A stretch of 61,488 nt of DNA, filler included. It is 5 parts of 5 records of this genome, joined end to end, with 100 filler letters (N's around TTAATTAATTAA, not from the genome) between each part and the next. Parts side by side here need not be neighbours in the genome. Positions count along the whole stretch, not along the records: positions 1 to 12,866 come from SRR22947725_3003; positions 12,967 to 35,555 come from SRR22947725_3008; 3 more parts are not named here. One strand, written 5' to 3'. This document shows, piece by piece, positions 11,801-21,600 of this stretch (positions are counted from its first letter, which is position 1; every line of letters starts with the position of its first letter). The notes under the pieces are model-generated. The model saw only the letters and a program-made list of their open reading frames with translations, had not been told where the DNA came from and did no database searches. The translations under genes were made by a program, and so were the position numbers.

Positions 11801-12866
11801 ATCGAGGACCTCAAGCAGCTTATTTTTGACCTGAAGCGGGCCAACCGCCGGGCCAGGATTCACGTGAAGCTCGTGAGCCAGTTTGGTGTGGGAACGGTAG
11901 CTGCAGGTGTTGCCAAAGCCAAGGCCGATGTGGTCCTTATCTCCGGACACGATGGTGGCACCGGAGCCAGCCCATTGAACTCTCTAAAGCATGCCGGCAC
12001 CCCATGGGAGCTAGGGCTCGCCGAAGCCCAGCAGACGCTGCTGCTGAACGGCCTGAGAGACCGCATAACAGTGCAGGTGGATGGCTCTATGAAGACAGGT
12101 AGGGACGTCATCATCGCAGCTCTTCTAGGCGCGGAGGAGTTCGGTTTTGCTACTGCTCCCCTGGTGGTGGAAGGCTGCATTTTGATGCGTGTTTGCCACC
12201 TTGACACCTGCCCAGTTGGAGTTGCAACTCAGAACCCAGAGCTGCGCGAGAGATTCCGAGGCCAGGCCGATCACGTTGTGAACTTCTTTGAGTTCTTGGC
12301 TCAAGAGGTAAGGGAATACCTCGCAGAGCTGGGCTTCAAGTCTCTGGAAGAGGCAATTGGTCACGCTGAACTGCTAGATGCAAACGAGGCAATCAAGCAC
12401 TGGAAGGCTGATGGATTGGACCTAGCTCCTATCTTTGCGGCTAAGGATATCAAGACAGACTCTTCCCTCTACCGCACCACAGTCCAGGACCACGAACTTG
12501 AGAATCACTTCGACTACCCACTAATCGAAGAGGCTGCGCCCGCACTTGTAGAGGGCAAGAAGGTTTTCATCGAGCGAGAGATCAACAACACAAATCAGGC
12601 AATCGGAACAATGCTTGGTAATGAACTGACCTACAAGTGGGGAGAACAGGGTCTCGAACCTGGAACCCTAGAGCTCTCTCTGACTGGCAGCGCGGGTCAA
12701 TCGCTTGGTGCATTTGTACCTAGAGGGATCAAGATCACGGTGTCTGGTGACTGCAATGACTACGTGGCAAAGGGGCTCTCCGGCGGCACCGTTGTCGTCA
12801 AACCCCCCGCCGGAGCTGCCTATGTTGCTGGCGAAAACGTGATTGCCGGCAATGTCATCGGCTACG
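8819..12866 (+). CDS. gltB: Glutamate synthase large subunit (3' truncated by contig end)
   Basis: DACG N-terminus, [49 protein letters not shown]. Confidence 0.97.
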
Positions 12867-12966
12867 NNNNNNNNNNNNNNNNNNNNNNNNNNNNNNNNNN
12901 NNNNNNNNNNTTAATTAATTAANNNNNNNNNNNNNNNNNNNNNNNNNNNNNNNNNNNNNNNNNNNN
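12867..12966. other. Artificial contig-joining spacer
   Basis: 44 N + TTAATTAATTAA + 44 N; composition and taxon change across it. Confidence 0.98.
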
Positions 12967-13097
12967 AGATTCCTACGCGTTACTCACCCGTCCGCCACTC
13001 GACGCCTACTAGCAAGCTAGTATCGTTTCCGTTCGACTTGCATGTGTTAAGCATACCGCCAGCGTTCAATCTGAGCCAGGATCAAACTCTTCAGTTT
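12967..13097 (-). rRNA. rrs: 16S rRNA gene, 5' end only
   Basis: Minus strand AGAGTTTGATCCTGGCTCAGATTGAACGCTGGCGG...ACACATGCAAGTCGAACG...GGCGGACGGGTGAGTAACGCGTAGG; 27F site at 13071-13090. Confidence 0.98.
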
Positions 13098-13200
13098 AAT
13101 CTTTGACTTTTAGAACACATGGCATTTATAACCAATAGTTCAATTTTTTTAAAAGCTTATCTGCTTTTGTTTTTTATGTGCACTGCACAATTTCTTGCAC

Positions 13201-13240
13201 GAGTGCCCACACAAGTTGCTTGATAAATTGTTAAAGAACT
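13201..13240 (-). promoter_or_regulatory. rrn leader antitermination boxA and boxC
   Basis: Minus strand AGTTCTTTAACAA (13228-13240) then TTGTGTGGGCACTC (13201-13214), upstream of 16S. Confidence 0.8.
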
Positions 13241-13281
13241 ACCACCCAAAAAAAGATCTATTTGTGCGGTGAAAGCGGGAA

Positions 13282-13309
13282 ATTATACATGCTCAAATTG
13301 TTGCGTCAA
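13282..13309 (-). promoter_or_regulatory. rRNA operon sigma70 promoter
   Basis: TTGACG-16 nt-TATAAT with GC-rich discriminator TTCCCGC and AT-rich upstream region. Confidence 0.85.
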
Positions 13310-13461
13310 GCTATATTGCTCTTTTTTATTAAATAAACTTTTGAGCGCTAAAATTAATAAAGTAGCAGTCCATAAAATAGTGTTTTAAATCAACAATATA
13401 GAGAGAATTACTAAGATCAAGAATTTCCTATTTTTTTCTCTCGAAAACCCTCAATTGTACT

Positions 13462-14805
13462 CTATTTGCCAATACAGAATGAAGAGAAGATTTGACCCAA
13501 TAGATCGTCTGATGAAAACTCACCAGTTATTTGACCAAGATGCATTCCTGCCTGACGAAGATCTTCAGCAACCAGTTCGCTTGCTCCTCCATCCAGTTGA
13601 CTGATCGCACTATTAATAAACGAGAGAGTTTCATTAATGGCAATGATATGCCTTTTGCGAGCCAGAAAGACGCCCTCAGTATTTGAATTAAGTCCGGCAA
13701 AATCTGCGAGGGCTTTTCTAACTATATTAATTCCATCTCCATTTTTTGCTGAGATAGATATTTCTGGGTTGTTTTGAATCTTTTGAATCCCAGTTTTAGA
13801 TCCTGTTAAATCAATCTTATTTTTGATTACGATTTTTGGTTTGTCTTTAACTGATTCTGGCAGTATTGAAAGATCAACGGACTTATCACTTGCATCATAA
13901 ACAAGTAAAACAACATCTGCATTATTAATTTCGGTATGTGCTCTCCTAATTCCCTCTTGCTCAATTATATTGTCACTATTGTGCAGGCCAGCAGTATCGA
14001 TAATATGAATAGGCATTCCATCTATTTGGATTGTTTCCTTTAGAACATCTCTTGTGGTGCCAGCAACATCAGTAACAATAGCACTAGGTTGCTTTGTGAG
14101 GGAATTCAGTAAACTCGATTTACCCGCATTTGGTTTACCCGCAATTGCCACATGAATTCCATCTCTTAAAATTGCGCCTTGATTTGCACTTTCTAGAATA
14201 TTTAAAAGCGTTAATTTTAGAGAGTAAAGCTTGCTTGAAACTTCATGAGACTCTAAAAAATCAATTTCTTCATCAGAAAAATCAATAGTAGCCTCCACAA
14301 AAACTCTCAGAGCGATTAATTCTGAAAGTATTTGATTGATTTTTTCTGAAAACTCTCCAGTTAATGACCTCACTGCACTTAATGCAGATTCTTCAGAGCT
14401 GGATTGAATCAAATCTTGAACTGCTTCAGCTTGCACTAGATCCATTTTGCCATTTAAGAACGCCCTCTTAGTAAATTCACCTGGTTCAGCGACCCTAACA
14501 TCCAGTGAAATGATGGTCTCTAAGAGCTTTCTAATAACGCTGACTCCTCCATGCCCCTGAAACTCAACCACATCTTCTCCAGTATAAGAATTGGGACCAG
14601 GAAAGGCAATCGCTACTCCTTTATCAATTAGGTTATTGTCGTTATCAAAGAATGAGCCATAATAGGCATACCTGGGCTGCAAATCTTGATGAAGTATTTT
14701 TTTTGAAATAGACTTTGAAAGAGGTCCAGTCACCCTAATGACACCAATTCCACTTTGGCCATAAGCAGTTGCCAGTGCACATATGGTATCTGACTTATGT
14801 ATCAC
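13462..14805 (-). CDS. mnmE: tRNA modification GTPase MnmE/TrmE
   Basis: DTICALAT, PGEFTKRAFLNGK, GKPNAGKSS, DTAG, NKID, C-terminal FCIGK. Confidence 0.97.
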   Translation of the reverse strand: MIHKSDTICALATAYGQSGIGVIRVTGPLSKSISKKILHQDLQPRYAYYGSFFDNDNNLIDKGVAIAFPGPNSYTGEDVVEFQGHGGVSVIRKLLETIISLDVRVAEPGEFTKRAFLNGKMDLVQAEAVQDLIQSSSEESALSAVRSLTGEFSEKINQILSELIALRVFVEATIDFSDEEIDFLESHEVSSKLYSLKLTLLNILESANQGAILRDGIHVAIAGKPNAGKSSLLNSLTKQPSAIVTDVAGTTRDVLKETIQIDGMPIHIIDTAGLHNSDNIIEQEGIRRAHTEINNADVVLLVYDASDKSVDLSILPESVKDKPKIVIKNKIDLTGSKTGIQKIQNNPEISISAKNGDGINIVRKALADFAGLNSNTEGVFLARKRHIIAINETLSFINSAISQLDGGASELVAEDLRQAGMHLGQITGEFSSDDLLGQIFSSFCIGK

Positions 14806-16357
14806 TTGAGAAATAATCTGCTAAAAAATCATCGAAACTTAATGTATCACTCGACTCAATTTCACGCTGTTTATTAATTGAGAGTATTTTTTGATTGTCA
14901 AGCTCTACAAAGTACTCTTCAGTTATAGGCATTTCATTAAATAGCTCTTTGTTCTTTAGACTGAATTGATTGGTATATTCAAAAAAACCTTTTTCTTCAT
15001 CCTTCATCTGATTAAGCATTTTGGCTGAAGGTGTCAAATCAGGCTCATTGATTCTTTTTGAAATATTCCTAACAGATTTTTGATGAGCTTCACTCAAAAG
15101 CACTGAACAGTCATTAATCCTAGCCAAAATAGACTGACCCCAATTTAATAAAGTTACATCTTCTCCATTATGACATAGAGATAATCCTGGCTCTCTCCCT
15201 CTGTGAGCAACCAAATTTGCGTTAACATCAATTTCAGTCAACTCTGCAGAAGAAACGGCGGGAGAATCTTCTAAAAGGCAAAACAACATAAAGGCCTCAA
15301 GAAATTGAACTTGCTCCTCATCAATTCCTTCTTTCATCATTGGGTTTACATCAAGCGACCTTAATTCTATGTAGCCCACTCCTTCATTTAAAAGAGCTCC
15401 CAATGGTCTATCACTCCCATGGGTAGATGGCTTCGGCCTAACAGAGGAATAATACTCATTAGCAATCTGAAGAATATTGGTATTCAATTGTTGATACTCA
15501 CCATGTTTTTTTACACCAATGTTTTCACAATCATCGCAGCTTGTTTGCATTGCAGCCCTCAGACTATAAACATAATGCCGCAAACTATTGTAGTTAGCCT
15601 TAACTCCTTTCTTATCCTCTTGAGAATTTTGATAGCCAATATCACCCATTCTCAATGATGTTGCGTATGGAAGATATAATGTATTGTCGTCAAACTCCTC
15701 TAAATTATGCTCATGATAATCTTGCATAAATGATTTACAAACAGTTGCAGAAGCTCCGAATAGGTAGGTGACCAACCAGCCATACCTTAATACATTTCTA
15801 GTCAGGCACATATAATGGTGACTCATAAACTTTTGAGAATCAACCTTGCTTGAGGGTGCGATAAGTTCACGGTAGGAATTCCAAAAATCCATTGAAAATG
15901 AATAATTGAAGTGGATACCAGCTATTGCCTGCATAACACTTCCGTAACGATTGGATAGCCCACGGCGATAGACCGTTTTCATTTTTCCAATATTAGACTC
16001 ACCATAATATGCAATAGGAATATTCGTCTTCCCTCTCAGAATACAGGGCATACTTGCAGGCCAGAAACGCTCACTTTCAGGCAAGTGATGTTGAACATAG
16101 TGATGTATTTTGGATAATTCATTAATGACATTATGAGAGCCCTGGATTGGCTTTGTAACTATTTCAACTAGTGCCTCACTAAAATCAGTCGTAATTTCTG
16201 GATGAGTCAATGCAGAGCCAAAGCTCTCTGGATGAGGGGTTTGCGCAATAGTTCCATCTTCAGCAACTCGCAACCCTTCTTTCTCAATCCCTATAAGATT
16301 TCCATTAAGACTTTCTTTAAAAGAATGGATTGAATTAATTTTATCTTGAAGACTCAC
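14795..16357 (-). CDS. gshA: Glutamate--cysteine ligase
   Basis: GIEKEGLRV, ITTDFSE, WPASMPC, GIHFNYS, YATSLRM, NEYYSSVRPK, YIELRSLDVNP. Confidence 0.96.
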   Translation of the reverse strand: MSLQDKINSIHSFKESLNGNLIGIEKEGLRVAEDGTIAQTPHPESFGSALTHPEITTDFSEALVEIVTKPIQGSHNVINELSKIHHYVQHHLPESERFWPASMPCILRGKTNIPIAYYGESNIGKMKTVYRRGLSNRYGSVMQAIAGIHFNYSFSMDFWNSYRELIAPSSKVDSQKFMSHHYMCLTRNVLRYGWLVTYLFGASATVCKSFMQDYHEHNLEEFDDNTLYLPYATSLRMGDIGYQNSQEDKKGVKANYNSLRHYVYSLRAAMQTSCDDCENIGVKKHGEYQQLNTNILQIANEYYSSVRPKPSTHGSDRPLGALLNEGVGYIELRSLDVNPMMKEGIDEEQVQFLEAFMLFCLLEDSPAVSSAELTEIDVNANLVAHRGREPGLSLCHNGEDVTLLNWGQSILARINDCSVLLSEAHQKSVRNISKRINEPDLTPSAKMLNQMKDEEKGFFEYTNQFSLKNKELFNEMPITEEYFVELDNQKILSINKQREIESSDTLSFDDFLADYFSSDT

Positions 16358-16452
16358 TTTTTTATCTCAAATATTAAAATAGTTATTTTACCTCGGTCTC
16401 ATGATAGCGGTGATAATAGAAAATAACTACAAAATGAATATATCTAATAGTG

Positions 16453-17382
16453 ATGAGTCATAAAAATGAGAGCATTGAAGTTGTTGTTGGTGTGATGCGC
16501 AACGACAACAATGAAATATTTATTACAAGGCGTCAAATTGATCAATTTATGTCTGGGTATTGGGAACTTCCTGGGGGTAAAGTTGAGAATAAGGAGAGTC
16601 ATTCTATTGCCATTATGAGAGAGCTTTATGAGGAAACAGGAGTTACTGTAAAGAATCACCATCTAATTCAAACAATTGAGCATCAATATCCTCAAAAGAC
16701 AATTAACCTTTCAGTATTTTCTATTGAAAAATATGACGGAGCCCCCCTGGGAAATGAAGGACAAGAATTCTGCTGGTGTGGCATTGATAAATTAAAGGAC
16801 TATAAATTATTACCCACAATGTGGAAAATTATCCATCGAATTTGTCTTCCAAAAAGCTATTGGATTACGCCAGATGAACACGAATCTGACTTAGTCATTA
16901 ATCAGTGTAAACAGCGCCTTAGAGATGGAATCAAAATAATTCAGCTAAGAAGCAAATCTACTCTCAACAATACTTATATTGAGAAAATTTTTACATTATG
17001 TCAACTGAATCAAGCAAAACTTATACTCAATACGCCTAATAAAAGCTTTAAGGAAGCATGTGATGGTTGGCATCTCACTTCCAATGAACTGATGGAAATA
17101 AAAGAGAGGCCATTTGATGAAAAAAAATTATTTGGCGCTTCAGTACACAATTTAAATGAAGCAAAACATGCTGAGGATATATCTGCAGATTACATCAGCC
17201 TCTCACCGATTAATGAAACACTTTCTCATCCAAATACTGGAGTTTTAGGCTGGGAAAATGCCTCTGACATTATTAATCAATGCAAGACGCCTATATTTCT
17301 TTTAGGAGGAATGAATAAAAAATTGATGGATAGAGCATTAAGTATTGGTGCTCAGGGAATTGCTGGTATTAGAGGACTCTAG
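16453..17382 (+). CDS. MutT-like Nudix hydrolase fused to thiamine-phosphate synthase-like (TenI/ThiE) domain
   Basis: WELPGGKVE...RELYEETGV Nudix box; C-terminal IQLRSK, GASVH, LSPINETLSHP, LGG. Confidence 0.9.
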   Translation: MSHKNESIEVVVGVMRNDNNEIFITRRQIDQFMSGYWELPGGKVENKESHSIAIMRELYEETGVTVKNHHLIQTIEHQYPQKTINLSVFSIEKYDGAPLGNEGQEFCWCGIDKLKDYKLLPTMWKIIHRICLPKSYWITPDEHESDLVINQCKQRLRDGIKIIQLRSKSTLNNTYIEKIFTLCQLNQAKLILNTPNKSFKEACDGWHLTSNELMEIKERPFDEKKLFGASVHNLNEAKHAEDISADYISLSPINETLSHPNTGVLGWENASDIINQCKTPIFLLGGMNKKLMDRALSIGAQGIAGIRGL

Positions 17383-17645
17383 AGCTCGGAACCTGTAATC
17401 TCAAGAACTTTATTTTGGATATCCTCTTTGCTCATTTGCACCAACCCATCAGAACCACCCTTAACCAAAAGCGTGTCATTGACAAATATTTGTGGGACTG
17501 TCCTAAAACCTGACTTCATAAAGAAGTTACGTGCATCACTATCCTCTTGAATGTTGAGTGTCTCGTATTCTATATCTAGGTTGTCAAGATAGTTTTTGGC
17601 TCTTGTGCAGTAGAAGCAAGAGTGTGATGTATAAACTTTAATCAT
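17379..17645 (-). CDS. grxC: Glutaredoxin
   Basis: MIKVYT..CFYCTRAK, RTVPQIFV, GG; ATG 17645 preferred. Confidence 0.85.
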   Translation of the reverse strand: MIKVYTSHSCFYCTRAKNYLDNLDIEYETLNIQEDSDARNFFMKSGFRTVPQIFVNDTLLVKGGSDGLVQMSKEDIQNKVLEITGSEL

Positions 17646-17739
17646 AAAAATAAAAAAGATCAATACAGTTATTAAGAGCGCAAATGATACCAGTGTGAAG
17701 GCTAAAGAGGCCAAGCATCACAACATAAATATTGTGGCT

Positions 17740-18492
17740 TTATCCTCTCAAATAAACCCAAGTTGAATCGCTCGATAGATCTTTATCAAACCGATATCCC
17801 TCATCTGAAAAATCTTGAAGTGCTTCTGGGTTATTTAACCTATTGCGGATAATAAAGTTAACCATTAATCCTCTGGCTCTTTTTGCGTATATTCCAATCA
17901 CCTTGTATGAATCACCTTTTTTTTCTTTGAATACAATGTCCAATATTTTGGCGTTAAGTGATTTTTTATCTATTGCCTTAAAGTACTCATTGGATGCAAG
18001 ATTGACAATTAATTCATTCTCATCATCATTCAAAATATGACTTATATCAGACCCCCAGTAATCATATAGATCCTTACCTTTAGCATTACTCAGCTTTGTG
18101 CCCATCTCTAGTCGATAAGGTTGAATTAAATCAAGTGGTCTAATGACGCCATAGAGTCCTGAGAGCATTCGAACCTTATCTTGAGCAAAATTCAAATCCT
18201 CTGTTGATAGTGACGGAGCATCAATGCCATTATAAACATCTCCCTTAAACGCAAGGATGGCCTGTTTTGCATTCTCAAGTGTAAAGGGTATTTTAAATTT
18301 TTGAAAACGCTCAAAATTTAGTGCCGACAATTTTTCACTGATTGACATTAGTTTTGAAATTTGAGACTGGCTTTGATTCTTCAGAATGCTAATTAATTCA
18401 CTGGAACTTTCTTGCTGTCTAGTTTGAGAAAACTTTTCGATATTACATTCAGAAAAATCTTGAGTTTTTGATGGAGAAATAATTGCCAACAT
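17740..18492 (-). CDS. yaaA: Peroxide stress protein YaaA (DUF328)
   Basis: IISPSK, FKGDVY, LSGLYG, PYRLEMGTKL, VNLASNEY, YAKRARGLM. Confidence 0.95.
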   Translation of the reverse strand: MLAIISPSKTQDFSECNIEKFSQTRQQESSSELISILKNQSQSQISKLMSISEKLSALNFERFQKFKIPFTLENAKQAILAFKGDVYNGIDAPSLSTEDLNFAQDKVRMLSGLYGVIRPLDLIQPYRLEMGTKLSNAKGKDLYDYWGSDISHILNDDENELIVNLASNEYFKAIDKKSLNAKILDIVFKEKKGDSYKVIGIYAKRARGLMVNFIIRNRLNNPEALQDFSDEGYRFDKDLSSDSTWVYLRG

Positions 18493-18629
18493 ATGCGGTA
18501 CAAAAATGAAAAAGATTCTACCTTAAAATCGTTGTTATAACAACATAAGTAGGCAAATTTGGCCTTTAAAAGTAATAAAAAATAAGGTATGATGTGTGGT
18601 TTGATTGTATTCGTTTTAATCTCAATTTT

Positions 18630-21600
18630 ATGAAAAATAAGCAATTACATTTGCCAAAAGCGCGTGGGCTTTATCACCCGGCCAACGAAAAAGAGAATTG
18701 TGGTGTTGGTTTTATTGCCAATCTAAAAAGTGATTCGTCTCATAAAATTACTCAAGATGCTTTGGAAATGTTAACTCGTATGGATCATCGAGGTGCCTGT
18801 GGATGCGAGGCAAATACCGGCGATGGTGCTGGAATACTGACAAACATTCCGCATGACTTTTTTATTGAGGAGATAAAAACCCTTTTTGGGCTAGATGTGA
18901 CTCCAGGTAATTATGGTGTAGGCAATATATTTCTTCCTCAAGATGAAAAAGAAAGAGATCTCTGCATGTCTATGGTTGAAAAAACGATCAAAGATGAGGG
19001 ACAAACTTTAGTTGGATGGAGAGATGTTCCTGTTGACTCAAAAAAAGCCAATGTTGGCGATACAGCTCGTGACTCTCAGCCAAATATCAAGCAGTTAATC
19101 ATTCAAAACACTGGTAACTTAAATCAAGAGAGTTTTGAGGGTGTTCTTTATGTTATCCGGAAAAATATTTCTCAGGTTATTAGAACTGATGAGTCTATCT
19201 CACAGGCATTACTTTTCTATATTTGCAGTCTATCGACCAGAGTAATCATATACAAGGGTATGTTAATGGGGTCTCAGTTACTAGAATTCTATTCTGATCT
19301 CAGTAATAAGAAATTTAGCACCTACTTAGCGATGGTGCATTCTCGTTTTTCAACTAATACCTTTCCTTCTTGGGATAGAGCGCAGCCATGCAGATTCATG
19401 GCACATAATGGTGAAATTAATACTCGTCAAGGGAACTATAACTGGATGAGAGCTCGAGAAGGTGATCTCAAAAGTGATATTTTTGGTGACAATTTATCTA
19501 AAACCTTGCCTGTTATTGAAACTGAAGTTTCTGACTCAGGAAGCTTTGACAACGTTCTAGAATTTTTATTGATGAATGGACGCTCCCTTCAAGAAGCCAT
19601 ATTGATGATGGTCCCTGAAGCTTGGCAAAATGATAAAGAAATGAGCGCAGAGAAAAAAGCCTTTTATGAGTATTTTTCAAATGTGATGGAGCCATGGGAT
19701 GGCCCTGCATCGATAGCCTTTACTGATGGGCGCTATATTGGAGCCGTTCTTGATAGAAATGGTCTTAGACCATCAAGGTACTACCTAACTCATGATGATA
19801 GAGTCATCATGGCATCAGAAGTTGGTGTTGTTGATGTGGAGACTAATAACGTAAAAACTAAGGGCAGGCTTAGGCCTGGAAAAATGTTTCTGGTTGACTT
19901 CGAAAAAGGACAGTTAGTTGACGATGAGCAAATAAAAAATAGTTTTGCATCAAAAAATCCATACAGTGACTGGCTCAAAAATCAACAAATAGTTTTATCA
20001 GATCTAAAAATTCATGGTGACTCAAAAGGTTTTTATCCTGAGACTCTCATTAACCGACTTAAGGCTTTTGGTTATAGCACTGAAACACTTCAGTTCATGT
20101 TATTACCTCTAGTCAGTGAGCTTAGAGATCCTGTAGGATCTATGGGAAATGACTCTGCACTGGCTTGTCTATCCGATCAATCTCGAATCATTTACGACTA
20201 CTTTAAACAACTATTTGCCCAGGTTACAAATCCTGCTATTGACTCAATAAGAGAGGAAGTAGTTATGTCTTTGAGTTGCGCAATTGGGCCTGAGGGTAAT
20301 TTACTTAGTAACAGAGAGGAAAATGCTCATCGACTCGTGATTGACCATCCCATCTTAACCAATGAGGAAATGTCGGCTCTGAAACATTGTGACCATCGAG
20401 GCTGGACCAGTAAAAGGATAGATATTACCTATGATATCAATAATGGTCATAATTTGAGTGACATGCTTGACTTAATTTGTGATCAAAGCACTCAAGCCAT
20501 TGATGATGGTCATAGCCTTGTCATCTTGTCAGATAGAAAAATAAATGCTAATCGAAATGCTGTCAGTGCTCTTCTGGCATCATCTGCAGTTCATCGTCAT
20601 CTGGTTGCAAATCACAAACGCACTCAGGTTGGTATCATTGTTGAAACAGGTGAGGCTAGAGAAGTTCATCACTTTTGCCTTTTGACTGGATTTGGTGCTG
20701 ATGCTGTTAACCCATATCTCGCTTTTGAGGCATTATGGCAGGCAAGAAGAGACAAACTAATTGATCTTGAAGATGATCATGCTGTCGTTAACTCATATCG
20801 AAAAGCAATTGCCAAGGGCATGCTAAAAGTGATGGCAAAAATGGGTATTTCAACGCTCGCTTCATATAAAGGAGCTCAAATTTTTGAGGCAGTCGGCTTA
20901 TCTAATGAAATCATGCATAAATGCTTTTTTGAGACAGCGAGTCGAATTAGTGGCGTAGGTTTTGATGTGGTTCAAACAGAATCTGAAGAGCAGCATAAAA
21001 AAGCCTTTGTTACAAAGTCACTGGATAATCTTGGGCACTATCACTGGAGAAGTGGTGGCGAAAAGCATATGTGGGAACCTCAAACTATCACGAGTTTACA
21101 GCAGGCTGCTCGAGGAAATGATCAAAATGCATACTGGGAATTTTCAAAAAAATCAGATGAAGAAGGCACAAGAAATTGTACACTCCGTGGCCTCATGTCT
21201 TTCAAAAATGGCAACTCCATTGACATTAATCAAGTCGAGCCCGCAAAAGAGATTGTTAAGAGGTTTGTTACAGGTGCAATGAGTTTTGGCTCAATATCAG
21301 CTGAATCTCATGAATCACTCGCCATTGCCATGAATCGTATTGGTGGAAAGTCCAATACTGGTGAGGGTGGTGAAGACTCGAAGCGATGGACTCCAGATAA
21401 GAATGGTGATTCACGTCGCAGCGCTATCAAGCAGGTTGCCTCGGGTCGATTTGGTGTCACTATCGATTATTTAAATAATGCGGATGAACTTCAAATTAAA
21501 GTATCTCAAGGTGCAAAGCCAGGGGAAGGTGGCGAGCTTCCTGGTGGAAAGGTTGATGAAGGTATTGCAAAAATTCGATGCTCAACTGCTGGTGTTGGCC

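Noticed and set aside
16453-17382. Nudix-ThiE-like fusion as a novelty
   Set aside because: Well-known fusion in beta- and gammaproteobacteria
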